From: Mobula hypostoma
Lineage: Eukaryota
DNA length: 64,000 nt
Direction of reading: 5' to 3'
Assembly: GCF_963921235.1 (NCBI RefSeq)
Contig: NC_086097.1
Span: 82,896,001 to 82,960,000, forward strand
Shown here: positions 11,046-25,749 of the stretch, piece after piece
Layout: every line of letters starts with the position of its first letter
Position numbering within the stretch: the first letter of the stretch is position 1
Position numbers and translations under genes: made by a program
Notes under the pieces: generated by a model
What the model was told of the DNA's origin: nothing
Databases searched by the model: none
The model's input: only the letters and a program-made list of their open reading frames with translations

Positions 11046-11051
11046 AATAAA
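11046..11051 (+). terminator. Candidate poly(A) signal for the short isoform
   Basis: AATAAA about 150 nt after the TAG at 10898, with ATTAAA just upstream (about 11034). Confidence 0.35.
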
Positions 11052-14000
11052 TGGGAATGATTCTCTGAATTGGACACCGATGCCTTCAGAACAAGAATTT
11101 GTCTTGGTTGGTAGCCAAAGCCCTGGCATTGTATTAGCTGCCCATTATGTGCTCTGTCTAATATTCAGTTCCATTCTTGCCTGCTTTAATTTACCATCCA
11201 AGATGAATTTCCACCCTGATTATTGCACTCAAGTTGGGGGTATGATGAATAATGAAGATAATGAATAATGAAGATAAAGCATCCCCCAAGAAATTTATAT
11301 TATCATCAGTAAGTTGCATAATTGTGGAAACATAACCTACAGCAGCTCCAGCCAGATGCATAGCCTTCTCATATATGTGAGATGTATCCTATTCCATTTC
11401 ATACATATGAGAATGCATAGTGGTTATAAAATTTGAGTTAATTCTATATACTGGTCACTAAGTGTGGTGTCTGTGTTATATCCATGATGCATTTAGATCT
11501 TTATTGCTCTGTGTGGGTTTTTACATTTGTAACTGGATTTCCATAATTCATCTTTTTACTTTACCTACAATAATGGCAGGGAAATATCTGCCAGTCAGTT
11601 GGGTTTTAACTGAAGTCCATGAATGAGGGAGGAAATGTCCACTGTAAATTATCTCTATTTACCCCCTTTCACAAGAAAGTTCATTGGACACCAGCCGTCT
11701 TTTGCACCAGCCATAGCATGTCAATGGTCACAGGTGTGACCCCATACAATATCTGTTTGGGCTACAGGGCACTTTGTCTCTACTGTTGTGCTAAGCAGTT
11801 GCCCTTAATTTATAACGCAGCTTGCAGGAAGTATTTTAGGCATGTTCCTAGTTTAGTTAATTCATCAATGAAATCTGGCAGGATTTGTGACTTCATTTTG
11901 TTAAGCTTTGAAATACTTCTGCCATTAATTTCATTATCCGCCTGCAGGGAGTTTCCAAAAACTGCTGCTAGAAATGCTTGGTGGTAATACCCAGCACGTG
12001 ACCTGACGCGAGAGTCCCAGTGATCACTATGGCTGGTCTCCCAGGACCAGGCTTTCCCACTTCAGCTATGCTGCTGAAAACAATGTCCCCCAAATGCAGG
12101 ATTCTCTATTTCAAAACCTGTGGCAATGGGGAACTCTATTCAGAGGGAATGAAGGTGCATGGTTGGACCAAGCACTATCCAAAGGAAGGAGAAAAAGACT
12201 GCAGCCAGCTAAGTCCAGGCTTTCTACCATTCTCTGACTCAGCCACAAAGTAGCCAAATACTGTAAATACTTCTAAGCTGTTTGGCTATTGTCAAGCTAA
12301 TTGTTTCTAAATTATGATATTATCTAAATCATGTAAATGTATAAACCCACTTGTAGTAAAAATGTAGAACAAATTTAAAAATACAAGAAACAAAAATTAC
12401 AACTGAAAATCTATGAATAAAATACCTCCTAAGCTCTTCTACTCACTTTTAAACACACTTCATCACTTAGTAATAATTTTGAAAAATAATCTCAAAGTTC
12501 ATCCCATTCCTTTGACTAAAGTGGAACTGTAAAATGTAAATTTTAAGTAAAATAGCTGCCATACAGCATGCTTAGTGTCACCAATTAGACCATAGAACAT
12601 TGGAGCAGAATTAGGCCATTCAGCCCATCAAGTCTGCTTACTCTCAACCATCCTCCTGCCTTCTCCCCATACCCTTTCATGCATAGTTTTACCAAGAGTT
12701 CATTGAAAAGTATTTTTACACCAAGAGCTTATCAACTAAATGTCCACACTGAGAAAAATACCTCAGGCTTTTGTAACCATTTCAGCCAAGCGGAAACAAA
12801 AACAATTTCTTTCCAGGTACAGCCTCCCAATCTGATCTCCAAGAAGTTTGCTCCTAAGCATTGAAGCATAAACTGTGTCTCCTGGATTTCTATATTAGCA
12901 TGGGTATCCCCAGAATTGCAGACTTTGCTCTCACTCATACAGAGCGAAGTTAAGGAATGCTGATGAGTTATGAACATCTCTGTTTGGAGTTCTGGACATT
13001 GTATAAAACAATGGAATAAGAAAGAACTGCATCTTGTTTGAATGGAGGTGAATTTTGCATTTTGTGACAGAGAAAGAAAAATCAGGAGACTAACCCCACC
13101 TTCACTGCTAACTCAACTGAAAATAATAGTTTTCACAGGAAATGTTAATTATGAAGCAGGAAGTTTCACTTAACTGATGATAGTTATAAATCCACATGGT
13201 GCAGTGCCTCATGGATATAACAGTTTTGGCATTAACTGAGGGAGACCAATCAAAACCTGTCAAGAGCATTTACTGTATGTCATATTTTTATAATTCTGTT
13301 TCAATAAGAATTCTGCAATGCTCAGCATCTATTTAATCCAAAATTTGGTAGTGTCTACAAAGTGGAGGTCAAATTATGAGATTCTTTAAGAGCAGATTGG
13401 TAATCAGTTTGCTAAAATAAAAATGAGAAGTACAGCTGATTAAAGTTGCAGTATTCATTTTTCTGGGATTGGTTACTTGAGTAGTGTTTCCATAGTTACA
13501 TTTACACAACTAAAGCTTGCAGTACCCTTTCATGTTTTATTGTTTAACTTCCAATGATATATCTGAAATATCTAAGAATGATGGTGGTGATCTCCTCTGA
13601 GGTGTTACTTTAAAACTGGGCCCAAGTACAAGTGATTCCTGTCTGAATAGAAATATATATATCCGACTTTAATAAATGGGGAGAGGGAGCAAGGTTACTT
13701 TTGGTTGCTGTGCATTAGTGATGTTATGAATGCAGCTTGAAAAATTCACATTTTGTCAGTTCTGTTGATGTTATGTCAAAATGAATCAATCAAATTCTGT
13801 TTCTGTCTTCAGTGGTTCAGAGCAACCAGAGGAAATTTCCATTACCACTCTGAGCTTGCTTTGTTAAAGATGTCATTGATTGAGGGGAAGGGGAAATGGT
13901 ACTGCAGCTTTAAAGGTTATTTGAGTCCAAGAAGATTTATTTTTCCTCTCTGTGAAACTTGTCTGTGGGATATTTTTTGTTAACACAACCAAATTAGTGA

Positions 14001-15269
14001 TTCCTGCAAGAGATTATGGAAAATTGTTCCATTCCAAAACCAATGCTGACCAATGTACTACTGTACTTCATGCAGATGAAATGCTTTTGATAGTACACCA
14101 AAGTGGTTGATTGAATCGGTAGGTACAAATAGGTGTGATAGAATGATTGCCAAGTGTAGATTTTTAAAATTCGTTTGCACACCATGTTGGAAATATCTTC
14201 ATATTTGGTAATGAGACTCGTCATAGCAACCACAGTTCCTGTTGAATCAGTACCCTTTGGTTTCCTGCTCTCAGTCTGCCTTGCTTTGTCTTGCATAACA
14301 GTCTATTGTCTTGGGATGGCTTTTGCTCCAGATTAACCAAGTAACATTATCATTGCTGGCTCTGCTTGTATTTTTATAATATGACAAGCAATAATGAAGA
14401 TTTTGGAGAAATGGCTTTGTTCATTTCACTCAGACTTAGTGCAAGAGTTGTTGGAACAAGAATCTGGTGATTATTTGGGAAATTAATAATAGGGTTATTT
14501 GTATTCATTATCCTTCACAAACCATCAGATGCAGACCTGCTTAGCTGTTCCTCAGTGATACAAATGTGATGCAAATTTGTACTTTGCTTTAAAGATTCTC
14601 AGGGAAGCATCTCAATAATTTTTGGATATACAAGTTCAGGAATTCTGGCTTTTTGAGAGATTAGTAGTCTGTCACTAATTCAGAGATCATGGAAGTGCAG
14701 CATTCTGCTCTTCCCAAGATCTGTGAAATGCACTCTAGTGAGGAAGTCAGTCATCAAAGAAAGAGGTGCGATATTGAAGCAGTAATCCACAATGCACACT
14801 GGCTTTAAGGTGGGAACCCACAGAGCTGCAGGATCGCTTCATGTGCCATTTTACATTTTGGGAGCATGAAGCAATATGATGGGATGAGGCTGAGGCAAGT
14901 ACGCATGCTGCAGATATTCTCTTTTTTACAACGGACATACTAAGTTTTAACAGTAGAAACAGAGTGCACAATGAGTGCAGAATCAATGTTGATGGTTCAA
15001 CTATGAAACTGAAAGAGGGAAAGGCATGCTCTTCAAAAGAGTAATAGATATTAAATTTCTGTAAGCATTCTTCTGCCTGTTTTCCTTCGCTCAGCAGAAT
15101 AGTTCCTTAAACCCAGTTTAAGAAAAGCCTTCAATCTATAGAGAAACACTTGGGACTTCATATACTATACTGTACTGTACTGCACACCTTGCTTCAAGAG
15201 AAATAACAATAAAATAAAAGCAGCCCTTCCAGCCCAAGGGCAAGTTATAACCAGCAACAAGATTCAAAT

Positions 15270-16400
15270 GGGTGCTTTTGAGACAAATATCAGGGGTGCC
15301 TAGAGTTAATAATGTGATCTCAAGCTGTTTTAACTCCAAGATCTTGCCTCCATGTCAGCAAATGTGACTTCATTCTACATCTACTGGTTTTGCAAGCTAT
15401 GATCACAACAGACCAATTTATGTTTAGACTGGTATCATGCAAAACGGCATCATCGGTCCAATACTCCAATCAATCTTCTTTGTCAAAATGCTGCACTAGT
15501 GGAGCTCATCTATTGGGCAAATAGGAAATCGCTAAACCTAATCACGTCAACTTCAGAACCAGGATCACTCCAATCTCAGTCATCAAGTGGCATGATAATG
15601 CCGTATATGAATGTTCAGGGACCAAGATCAAGTCATTACTGCCTCATTCATGGACAGAAATGAAGGACCACAGCAAAATAACATGCTCAACCAGCTTGCA
15701 TCTATTAAACAACACAGTTGCCAGACAATGAAGGTCCAGAATGAGATCTGGAACTCATGGACTACTTCTCCAGACACAGGAGCCACCTCTCAATGGAGAC
15801 AGACATTGATGATGAAATTCACCATTGCATCAACTGAGGAAAAGTGTGTCTGAAGATTAAGATTTGAAACCTGGCACAATAGCTCATAGTCGTATGACCA
15901 GCAGTTATCTGATCCCTCAATATGTTTCTGAGAAATGGACTACCTACTGCAGGCATCTCAAAGCACTAGAAAGGCACCATATCGCTATCTCTGCAAAATT
16001 TTCTAAATCCACTGGCAGAATAAGCAAAGCATAGTCAATATCCTGTCCCAGGTCAACATTTCTGTGTTCCGCATCCTGATTAAATGCAGACAAATCAGTT
16101 GGGCAAACCATGTCATTTGCCTGCCCATCACTAGACCCTGGCACAGATACTTTATTCTGACAGTCATGGGAAGAGATTACCAGCTGGACTTCGGAAACAA
16201 TTTAAGGATGCTCTCAAAACCTCCTCAAGGAAGTGTCCAACATCCCCACCAGCTTGTGGGAATCTCTGACCCATGACTGGTCAAAATGGAGATGAAGCAC
16301 TCACCATAGCGCTGAGAATTTTGTTTTATTCTTTGGAACACACCACTTCCAAACTGTGGTAGATTCTACTGTTCCCACATTGGCTTCATCAGACACCTCA
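15270..16400 (+). mobile_element. Highly degenerate RTE-clade LINE fragment
   Basis: Remnants resembling the RT C-terminal region (..IDDEIHH.., WTTY.RHLKALE, W.NHV..LP). No intact frame. Confidence 0.5.
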
Positions 16401-19169
16401 GTCTGAAATGAACGCTAGTAAATAAGTGAAAGATGTAGTGATACACTTATGAGTAAGTATATGTGTGTAGGTGTGTAGGGGAATAGGGGATCAGTGCAGG
16501 AGAAGCTAGAAACTGTAGAATCAAGGACCACTTCAGCTTTTCCACAGACAAAGAAGAAAGTAAAAATCATACTTTGGCTACTTCTGCTCCAAGTCTAGGC
16601 TTCTCTTTGTGTTGTCTTCAGCTGGTATGAAAGTCACTGTTCCTTCCTCCCAGTGAGGAGTTAAGATTGAATTTGGAGCATGTTAGTTTAAACAGATCTG
16701 CATTCTGCAGAAATGAAGGAAGATTGGTGTCTCTGCTATCTTGTAGACAGAGGGATTGACACAGGACATTTGCAGGTAAATTACTTGCTGATCAATTCCA
16801 ATTGCCTATCTGAGCATTTCCATCTGTTAGGTTGGATTAACATTGATCTACCAGCTAAAAATGCCCTGAATGTGATTTTGTGGTTTCTTTGATTTTGTGA
16901 TTTCTTGCACCTCCAGCTCACTCATTTACTGTTGATCTTTCAGTGGTGCTAAACGAGATTATAGGCAGAACCTGTTGTGTGTCATGAGGGAGATAAATCG
17001 AGGCTGTCCAAGTCTGTATAAATCTGTTTTATAAAGGTTGATTTTACATCACTTTATTTATACTTTACCACAATGAGACACACAAGCCTGTAGAAATGGT
17101 GTGAAAATTGGTAATAACTTGCCTTGAAGCTAATGCCATTAAAGTGGTCAATTGTCCAAAGGTCATTTGCTAGATGGAAATTTTCTGTGAGAGATCCATG
17201 TAAAGAAATGTGGTCCCAATTTCTTAGTTCAAAAAAAGGGAAAACGAACTCATCCAATCTTTTTGCAAATCTTTAATTCGATGCACTCTATTTCCCCATA
17301 CATTTTAATATTGTGCTTAAAATGTATTGTTAGTTAGTAGCAATATATGGTTGTCAATAGAAGCAGATTTCAGAAGTGAGGAGTGTGCAGCTTTTACAAT
17401 ATCATGAGTTTACTGAAGGGGTGTGATTTCCGGTAAATGATTCCTTGCTGACATCCTTACTCAAGTACATCAAACTGGATGGTTGATAGCACAAAAGGCA
17501 TTGAAGCCAAACATGATCCCGATTTAACCAGTGTCCGTATAGGTTTATATCCAAACTGTTCACCAAATGACAGCATAAATAAGCATAGAAAGATTTTCGT
17601 TTTTTTTTACTGCTCATTTTCTCTCTCCTTGGGGCAATGTAGCTCAGGCTGAATCAGTTTATTCAGCAAAGTCTTGATCAGACCTTGACTTCCACAGCAG
17701 CTGCTATTCACCGTGGGATCTACCATACAGAAACAGGCCACTCTGGCAGTGTCTGTGCTCCATGTATGCTTTACTCAGCTGAAGTATCAATAAACTCATA
17801 AATACTCTGAATCTCTGAACTAAATATTGTAATAGAAAATTCCTCATACAAGAGTATTCTGCAATCCAGTGGTGATTAGAAAGATATGTAGAAAGTTGCA
17901 AATGAAACACTGTATATTCACTGTTAAATTAAATCACATTCAATTTAGAGTGAGATAAATGGCCTGACAAATTATTTCTTGGTTATCACTAAATAAATGT
18001 ATGGATTACCACCACAGTCCTTCATTATTATCAACGTTGGTCTTCATCTTTTCAGTACAGATAAATAAAATGACATTGGGACAGGAATTTCTCTCAGATC
18101 ACAATCTTCATGTACAAATTTATGATGAGATGAACAAATGTTGTGTAAACTGAGTCTGGGATTCAAATGATTGTTTTTAACTCCATTGTGTCTTTCATGA
18201 TTTTACAGCCTTAATTTCCAATATGTCTATTACTTTCGATACATACAGAACTACTTATAATGTTAATTCATATATAAATAGTGCAATAAAACAGACAAAC
18301 AAAAGTAAGGCATTTATTCAGCTACCAGCTTCAAAAATATTCAAAGGAAAACTGGAAGTTTGCCATTATTGTTTTACATTTCCTGAGGGCAAAATTCCTT
18401 GGCCAAAATTAAAATATTCAATAGTTCCTCATCAACCAGTAGATGGTAGTACAGCAAAGCCTAATTTTGGCAGTGATGCAAAAAGGACATTAGTTTCCTT
18501 ACAAGGAATTGGTTGTGGGTAGATTGAGGTGTGTGTGTGTGTGTTTTTTAAACTTTTACTTTGCTTCACAATCAGATTTGAAAGAAAAATATCAAGAAGC
18601 AATGCATCAATGAAATCTCTGTACTTTTTCTTTAATTATTGTCAGCATTTTAACGCTGAATGAAATTACAGAAATGGGATTATGTAAATAGTCTCTGCAT
18701 CTTGAAAGTCTAACTATAAGAATGAAATTTTTATATGTGGAGTTATAAGCTTGTTACTAAGGCTTGTTAACTTTGACCTTGGTCAGTGTCACCAATCACA
18801 AATTATTTAACAACCCTTCTCCTTTTCTTATCACCTGCTGTTGTCTAGTCTGTTCTCTAGTACTAGTCTTCGGTCTTAGATTTCTTAATTCCAAAAGTGA
18901 TTGACTTGATTAATTATAGAATATTAATTAAATGGGCTTAGTACTTTTATTCTCCTCACTGAGTATGAATGGAAGAACAGAAATTCCTCCCATATTGAAA
19001 CACTAATGTGAGCTTCAGTTAGCAAGCTGTGTTTAACACAAAACATTAATACAACACAAAATTATCCTGCTGACTGCATTGCAGACTGTAATATTGCCTG
19101 GGAACTGAGGGTATAAACTCACTCAGATAGCTTTTTCAAACGTATTCTTCGTTTTTAACAGTTGTAAAC

Positions 19170-19390
19170 AAAAAGAAAACTGTAGATGCTGTAAAACTGG
19201 AATGCAAACAGAAAATGCTGGAAATATACTCAGCAGGCCAGGCAGCATCTGTGGCAAGAGAAACAGAGTTGCTATTTCAGGTTAATGACTTTTTGTTCCA
19301 ATCAGAAATCATCAAAACAAAGTAATTAACCTTAAATATTTACTCTTTTGCTCTCTACAGTTTCTGCCTGATATGCTGATTACTTCTAAT
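19170..19390. mobile_element. Old palindromic PLE-terminus mini-element
   Basis: The left arm aacagaaaatgctggaaatatactcagcaggccaggcag is mirrored by ctgcctgatatgctgattacttctaatattttctgtt. Confidence 0.6.
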
Positions 19391-22300
19391 ATTTTCTGTT
19401 ATTAGTTATGGCTGCCAGAGCCTGATCTGGTTCCACATACACATGTAATCACACTGTTCAGTTTTCTCTCCTGAATTGCTTATGATTTTGTTGTTCATTC
19501 TGCTGTGCTCCTTGTATTTTTTGGTATATTTCCCAATTGCTTTCCCTTCCTTGCATTCTGATATGAATGTATTTTCAATCCAGCCACAATGTTCTCTTAA
19601 AAATGTTCCTGTTCAGTTTTTCCTCCAGAGATTTTAAATAAAAGTCTTGCTCCTTGACATGATTTTGTTGAAAATGTGTTTATGTTGCTTGCCTTTTTAT
19701 TTTGATCCGCTGCTCTGCTGTTGAAAACCTAATTTTGTCACGTGCCATTTCCTTCAATTTACATTGGCATGGTTCATTCTTCATTGACTATTGTGTAGAA
19801 AATGAAGTTGCACTATAATTCAAAAAGCAAAAGAAGATTACAGAAAATAAATTGTATAAATACTGCCAAGCAAGCAAATGCAGTTCTAAATTTTAAATCT
19901 AAAAGAATTTGTGGAAAATTAAAGATAGAAGTCAATCTGGAAATTTTGTTTCCTCACTTTGTCCTTGCTGCATCACTGTTGCCCATTGCATCTCTGGGCA
20001 CTTGACATGAGGAAGAAAAAACCTGGAAGAGCAATACTTGCGCCTAGAGTGGAGCTACTCGTTTAACTTAACTTGGATATAGCACCCAGTATATGGCAGC
20101 TTATATACAGGCCAAATATAAGCTACTTTTCGAAACAGTCAGTTTAATCTTGTGGATAAATTACTGGATTACTAGCCACTAGTCTATATTGTTGATCTTG
20201 AACTGCTGGGATTTTTAAAGCACTGAAACTACTGGATAATTGTGAATATTCAACTGATTCTCTAATGTCCTTCAGGGACAGAGGTCTGCCATCCATATCA
20301 AGTCTGATCCATTTTTCACAGGGCTTTACATTACAGAAACAGACCCTTCAGCCCATCATGTCAAAAAATCAAATTCCAACTTGATGTTGTAAGAAAAATA
20401 GTTTCATATACAATATCATGGGTAGTTTTAACTTTCAGATAGATTGCATTATCCTCAATTTCCTTATCCAATCAGGCAGATTACTGATGCAACAGATTTT
20501 AAAATTTCTTCAGATCAGCTTCTGCAGAGTAAGCAGTTGGTCAAGAGTTTATGATTATCAGAGAAACAACCCGTTCTCTTTGAACTGTGGCAGTTTATGA
20601 AATTAAACCACACGGTTAAGAACTTAGGAATGGAATGGATCATTCAGCTCCTTGAACTTGTTCTGCCACAATTCGATAGCCAATGGCTGTTCTAGGCTTA
20701 ATTCCATTTATCTGTTCAGATTTATTCCCATTGATATTCCTTACCTACAAAAACTCCATTTGTTTCTTGAAAATTTCCTTGATTGTGCATCCAAGGCTTC
20801 AAAAGACCTCAAAATTTTCAGTACCTTTTGTGTGAGAAGGTATTTCCATATTTCACTGATGAATAGCCTTTTCCAATTTGAATCTGATATTATAAGATTA
20901 AAGGATTAGGACTTCTTGAATACTGAAAAGTAAGTTTAAAAAATCCAAGCATCCTGATTTAAAATGTGAAAACTCGTGAAAACTTATTACAAAAGGAAAC
21001 TTCCTTTGCATTGTCTGAACAGTGTTAACTTTGATATGGTGTTGACCAGGAGGGCTTCAACATTGAACACAGCCCTCAACCCACCCAACTCACAGACCTA
21101 AAGGCACAAGCTTTCAAATGCATCACCAATGCTCACAGGTCTTCAGCACGCAGGAAGGAAGACCATAAGTGTGGGCCCTAATACGCTTGAAACACCCAGA
21201 TGAAGATATGCTGGAACACCCTGTCTTTGTAGAGGTAACTGAAGTTGAAAAGTGTCTATCATGAAACAAACCTGGTAAGTTTTCAAATATGAATGAATTT
21301 GACAACTAAATTTTAAATAACATGAAATATGGCATATGATATGAGTTGAGATAAGGCAGTGTTGCCACATAACTGCTAAAAAAAACACACAAAATAATAC
21401 CTTTGATATACAGTAAGATCAATTAGCAGTCAATAAACAAGTAATCTCCTGTGTTGATTGCAATGGATGACACCTTAACTTGCTCAATAAATAATGAAGG
21501 AGCAAACCTTAAAATCTATTACTGCTGTTGTATCTGAAAAAGGGCCCCAATATCTGAACAGCCTCATGATCGAAATTATTTTTTTGGAAACAAATGGTCC
21601 GATTTATATTTCAGGGAAATATTTCTGGAGGGGCTGTCTTTGGGCATATCAATTACAAAGATCAAGAATCCACTTACAGGTCATCTAAGTAGTAGGTCAT
21701 CTACTCGTAGTTCTTATTCTGTAACAATTGGGTAAAACACTTAAACATAAATCCTCTGAAACTAAAATAAAATAAAGCTTGCAATTAGCATGCATGATTA
21801 AAACTGTAAAAATACAGAGAGCTACACAATTCAGTGTTTATGAGAAGGAAACAATGCTGTTATGTTTAAGTAAAATTAAAATTATCTCCAGTTTAGGATG
21901 AATATTGAAACATCGATTCTCATACCAGGAAGAATAATTCTACCAAGTCTTTTCTCCTATCAAAGTTTGTGACTCTTGATTTTATTTTTGTAAATCATAA
22001 CTTAAAAATTTTAAAGGCATGATAAAGGACAGATTTTGTGTTGCTTGCACAATGTGGAACATTGTAATAGATTTCTTCATTGGGATGGAGGAAAAGAAAG
22101 CCATCTTGAATTTGGTCAAATATTTTTTTCTTTGGTTGATAAATGCTAATTTAGAAGAAAAATTGCATCAAATTCATGTCTTCAGATGGAAGAAATAATT
22201 CAGAGGGACTGCTAGTGAAATTGGTCCTGCTTATACACATTAAATGTCTTTAAAAGTGATTTTGTTTTATATGTTCCCAGCATTATTAAAGATCCTTCAA

Positions 22301-24027
22301 GAGTATAGTTCAGACATAATATCCTCTTTTCAAACTGACACCTGATTAAAGGTTGTGCTTCACAATCATATCCTTGGTGAATAATGACCTTCCTCATAAA
22401 ACCTCTTGTATTGCTTCATTTAAACTAAGTTGTTAGATTTGATATACTTAGAAAAACTGTCAGAATGAATGTAGATTTTAACCTTATTTACTTCTGTTGT
22501 CTCTACAAAAAATTAAGAAATAATATTGGGAAGGAAGGGACAGGGACAGAAAGGTTAAAAGGAAATTTCTCGTATGTGTTGTATTTGTCCACTGAGGATG
22601 TCAAGTTGTGTGTCTGTGCCAAATTGTGTTTTTTTTAAAGGTCCTCAGTGGTTTGATATAGCTTGCTGCTGATTTTGGTTCCAAAGTTCATTGGGTTTAT
22701 TGAATTTTATAATAATTCCTCATTTCATGATTTTTAAATGGATTTGGGTGGGAAGAAAAAGCTGCTGGTTTTTACTTGGACAAAGTATTCAATGTCATAT
22801 TGTGTTGTGGTGCCAAGCTTCCTTTCAGTGGAAAACATAAAAACAAAGGAATAGTGATGATGAGGAAAAAAACATGAATATAAATATATTCCAACAACGA
22901 GCAATGAGTAAAACTGAAAGATTACACAAATTAAGAGGTGTAAATTTTTATTGATCCCCAAATTTTGTTTAGCTTGCTTTTTGATATTCCCTGTGGATCA
23001 GGGGAAAAAAATTGCAGGATCAGTTAATTGCTCTTTCTTCCATCCTATTTTGGAGCAGTGGTTAAAAAATGTGTTTAATATTCAGGAAACACTGATTCAA
23101 GCAGCTTACAGAGCTTTTATCAGAATGCTTCCAGACATATGCTTTCAACTTCTTCATTCAAATACTCATAGACGGACCCTATCCTAACATTTCTGAGTGG
23201 CAATGTTTGTGCTCCCTCAGATTCTATCACTTGTTGAAGGAGTCACAGTCATTCTATTCTCTATTCACGATAATTTTGCCAATATAGGGCAAAATAGTCG
23301 TTTATTATTTATGCTGAGGTCAACAAGGTTAGAAATCAACCTTTGATGAAAGAGAATGAAGTCCAAAGTAAATGAGGGTAGAGATCAGACTTGGGCTTGG
23401 GATGACAAAGAAGTAGTAGAGTTGTGTTGCCAAACTACATGGAAATATGTCCTTTCGCTTCCAGTGTTATTCTGCCCCACAGGTACTAAACTAATCTTAT
23501 TTCTTAGCGTTCAGCCCAAGCTAACTTTATCTAGCTTTCTTCCTCAAATCCCCGCTAAAGTTCCTACACTCACCTTAAATCTGGACCCTCATACATAGCT
23601 GTAGATCTCCATGCATTCTGCTCAAACAGGGATCGCAACTTTATATTGGCAACTTCCTTTTGCAGCAACTTTGTCCCAGACCTAAATTCTGCGCTGTAAA
23701 ATTTAAAGTGTCAGAGATGGCAATGGAGTTGCTCCACACAGTTTAGCTCCTCTGCTGCGTACATCAAGGCCTTAGGTGTTTTCAACAGTGCCATAGGCGT
23801 GGAACTGCAAGCATCCACTTCACCTGCCTCCTTAGACATTTCTCACCAGCAAAAATGCAGAGTCTGCTTTGTGGAACTAAGAATGTTAAAATATTTACCA
23901 ATTAATGTTCCAAAATTTCTCAGGGTAAGTAACACTCAGGTACAAGCCTGCCATGGAATACTTAACTCAACAGGCTTTGCATTCTTTCTTTCAAAAACGC
24001 ATCTGATAACATATTACAGTTAACTAT

Positions 24028-24182
24028 AAACACAAGAGATTCCACGGACGCTGAAAATCCAGAGTAACACATGCAAAATGCTGGAGGAGCTCGGCAGGTC
24101 AGGCAGTACCTTTGGAAATTAATAGAGTCCTGATGAATTGTCTCAACCCAAACAGTCAACTCTTTATTCCTTTCCATAGATG
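24028..24182. mobile_element. PLE-terminus mini-element with inverted arms and a degenerate hammerhead
   Basis: A reverse PLE arm is followed by agagtcCTGATGAattgtctcaacccAAACAGTCaactct and a partial forward arm. Confidence 0.65.
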
Positions 24183-24974
24183 TGTGGTAGAGTTAAATAT
24201 TCACACAGATCTTTCCTGCTGGAACATGAATATGGACAATGGCCAATGACCCAGTCTGTGACACAAAATCACCCACACTAAGATTCTCCCTCCATCAAAT
24301 CATGTTGCTTGGTCCAGACCATAGGAGAGCAGGACTTTACTAAATATAGTGGCATATCAGGATGTCCTGCCATGCCAGCATCTGTGGAACAATCTAGTCA
24401 GTACCAACCCATGCTTTGTATGCTGATTGATTTTCTTCAGATACCTATCCAATTTCTTTTTAGTTCCACTTCCATCACCCTGAGAGGCAGAGAATTACTA
24501 TTTGCTATGTAAAATGGTTTGTCCCCCAGGTCTTCAGGTCTTCTACTGAAACCTTAAATCTGCATTCCCTATTGCAACTACCAACAGCTAATTCAGACAG
24601 TTTTTCTTTCACCACTTTGTTGAAACTGACTTTAATCTTGTGTGCTGCGCTCAAGCTCTTCAAATCAAGCAGAAAAACACTAGTTTCTGCAATCTAAACC
24701 AACTAAAATCCCTCAACCCTGGAATAATTCTGGGAAATATTCTCCTCTTCCTCTCATAAATTTCACAGCTTCAAGTGTGGTGACCAGCACCATGGCAATG
24801 CTATTAAAATCAAAACGTTTGATTTATAAAGGTTCAACATTACTTCTACACTTCTATACTCGGTGTTCTATTTATAAATCCCAAGACACCAAATGCTTTG
24901 TAATCTCTTTCAATTTGTCGTGGTATCTTCAAAGGTTTGTGCAACTGAACTGCAGGCTTCTTTGTTTCTGTATA

Positions 24975-25460
24975 AGACCATACGATAAGGGAGCAGAATT
25001 AGACCATTTGGCCCATCAAGTCTGCTCCACCATTTCGTCATGACTGATCCAATTTTTCCCTCAGCCCCAGTTTCCAGCTTTTCCCCATATCACTTCATGC
25101 CTTGACCAATCAAGAATCTGTCAACCTCTGCCTTAAATATACATAAAGACTTGGACTCCACAGCTACCTGTGACAAAGAATTCCACAAATTAACCACTCT
25201 CTGGCTAAAGAAATTCCTCCTCTTCTCCATTCTAAACAGATGCCCCTCTATTCTGAGGCTGTGTCCTCTGGTCTTAGACTCTTCCACCACAGGAAACATC
25301 CTCTCCACATCCATCGATCAAGGCCTTTCACCATTTGATAGGTTTCAATGAGCTCATGCCTCATTCTTCTGAATTCTAGTAAATACAGCCATCAAACATT
25401 CTTCAGATGTCAAGCCATTCAAACCTGGAATCATTTTTGTGAACTTCCTTTGAACTCTCT
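24975..25460 (-). mobile_element. CR1 3' fragment
   Basis: Minus ORF MFPVVEESKTRGHSLRIEG..RRNFFSQRVVNLWNSL. Confidence 0.9.
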
Positions 25461-25749
25461 TCAGTTTAATGCACTTTAAAGCTGTGCCATTGTGTGTACA
25501 CTGCTGTGTCCTTAGCCACAATACAATAACTCACAATATCGGTGTTAATTTCCATCTGCCATTTATCTGCTCACTCTGCTAGCCTGTCTATGTTTGGTTA
25601 TAGTCATTTGGTATCACCTTTACTATTTGCCATGAATGCAAGTTTGTAGTAATTAGCAATTTTGAAATGTTTATTCCATTCCTGCGTAAATAACAAAAGG
25701 CACTGTTCATCACACCAAACCTTAGCAAATACCACTATCCAATATCTTG

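Noticed and set aside
18529..18544. Short (GT)8 run
   Set aside because: Ordinary short microsatellite.
21040..21280. Possible extra spectrin exon (open stretch EGFNIEHSPQ..., GTAAGT at about 21275)
   Set aside because: The acceptor lacks a pyrimidine tract, the frames checked hit stops before the donor, and the existing exons are already phase-consistent without it.
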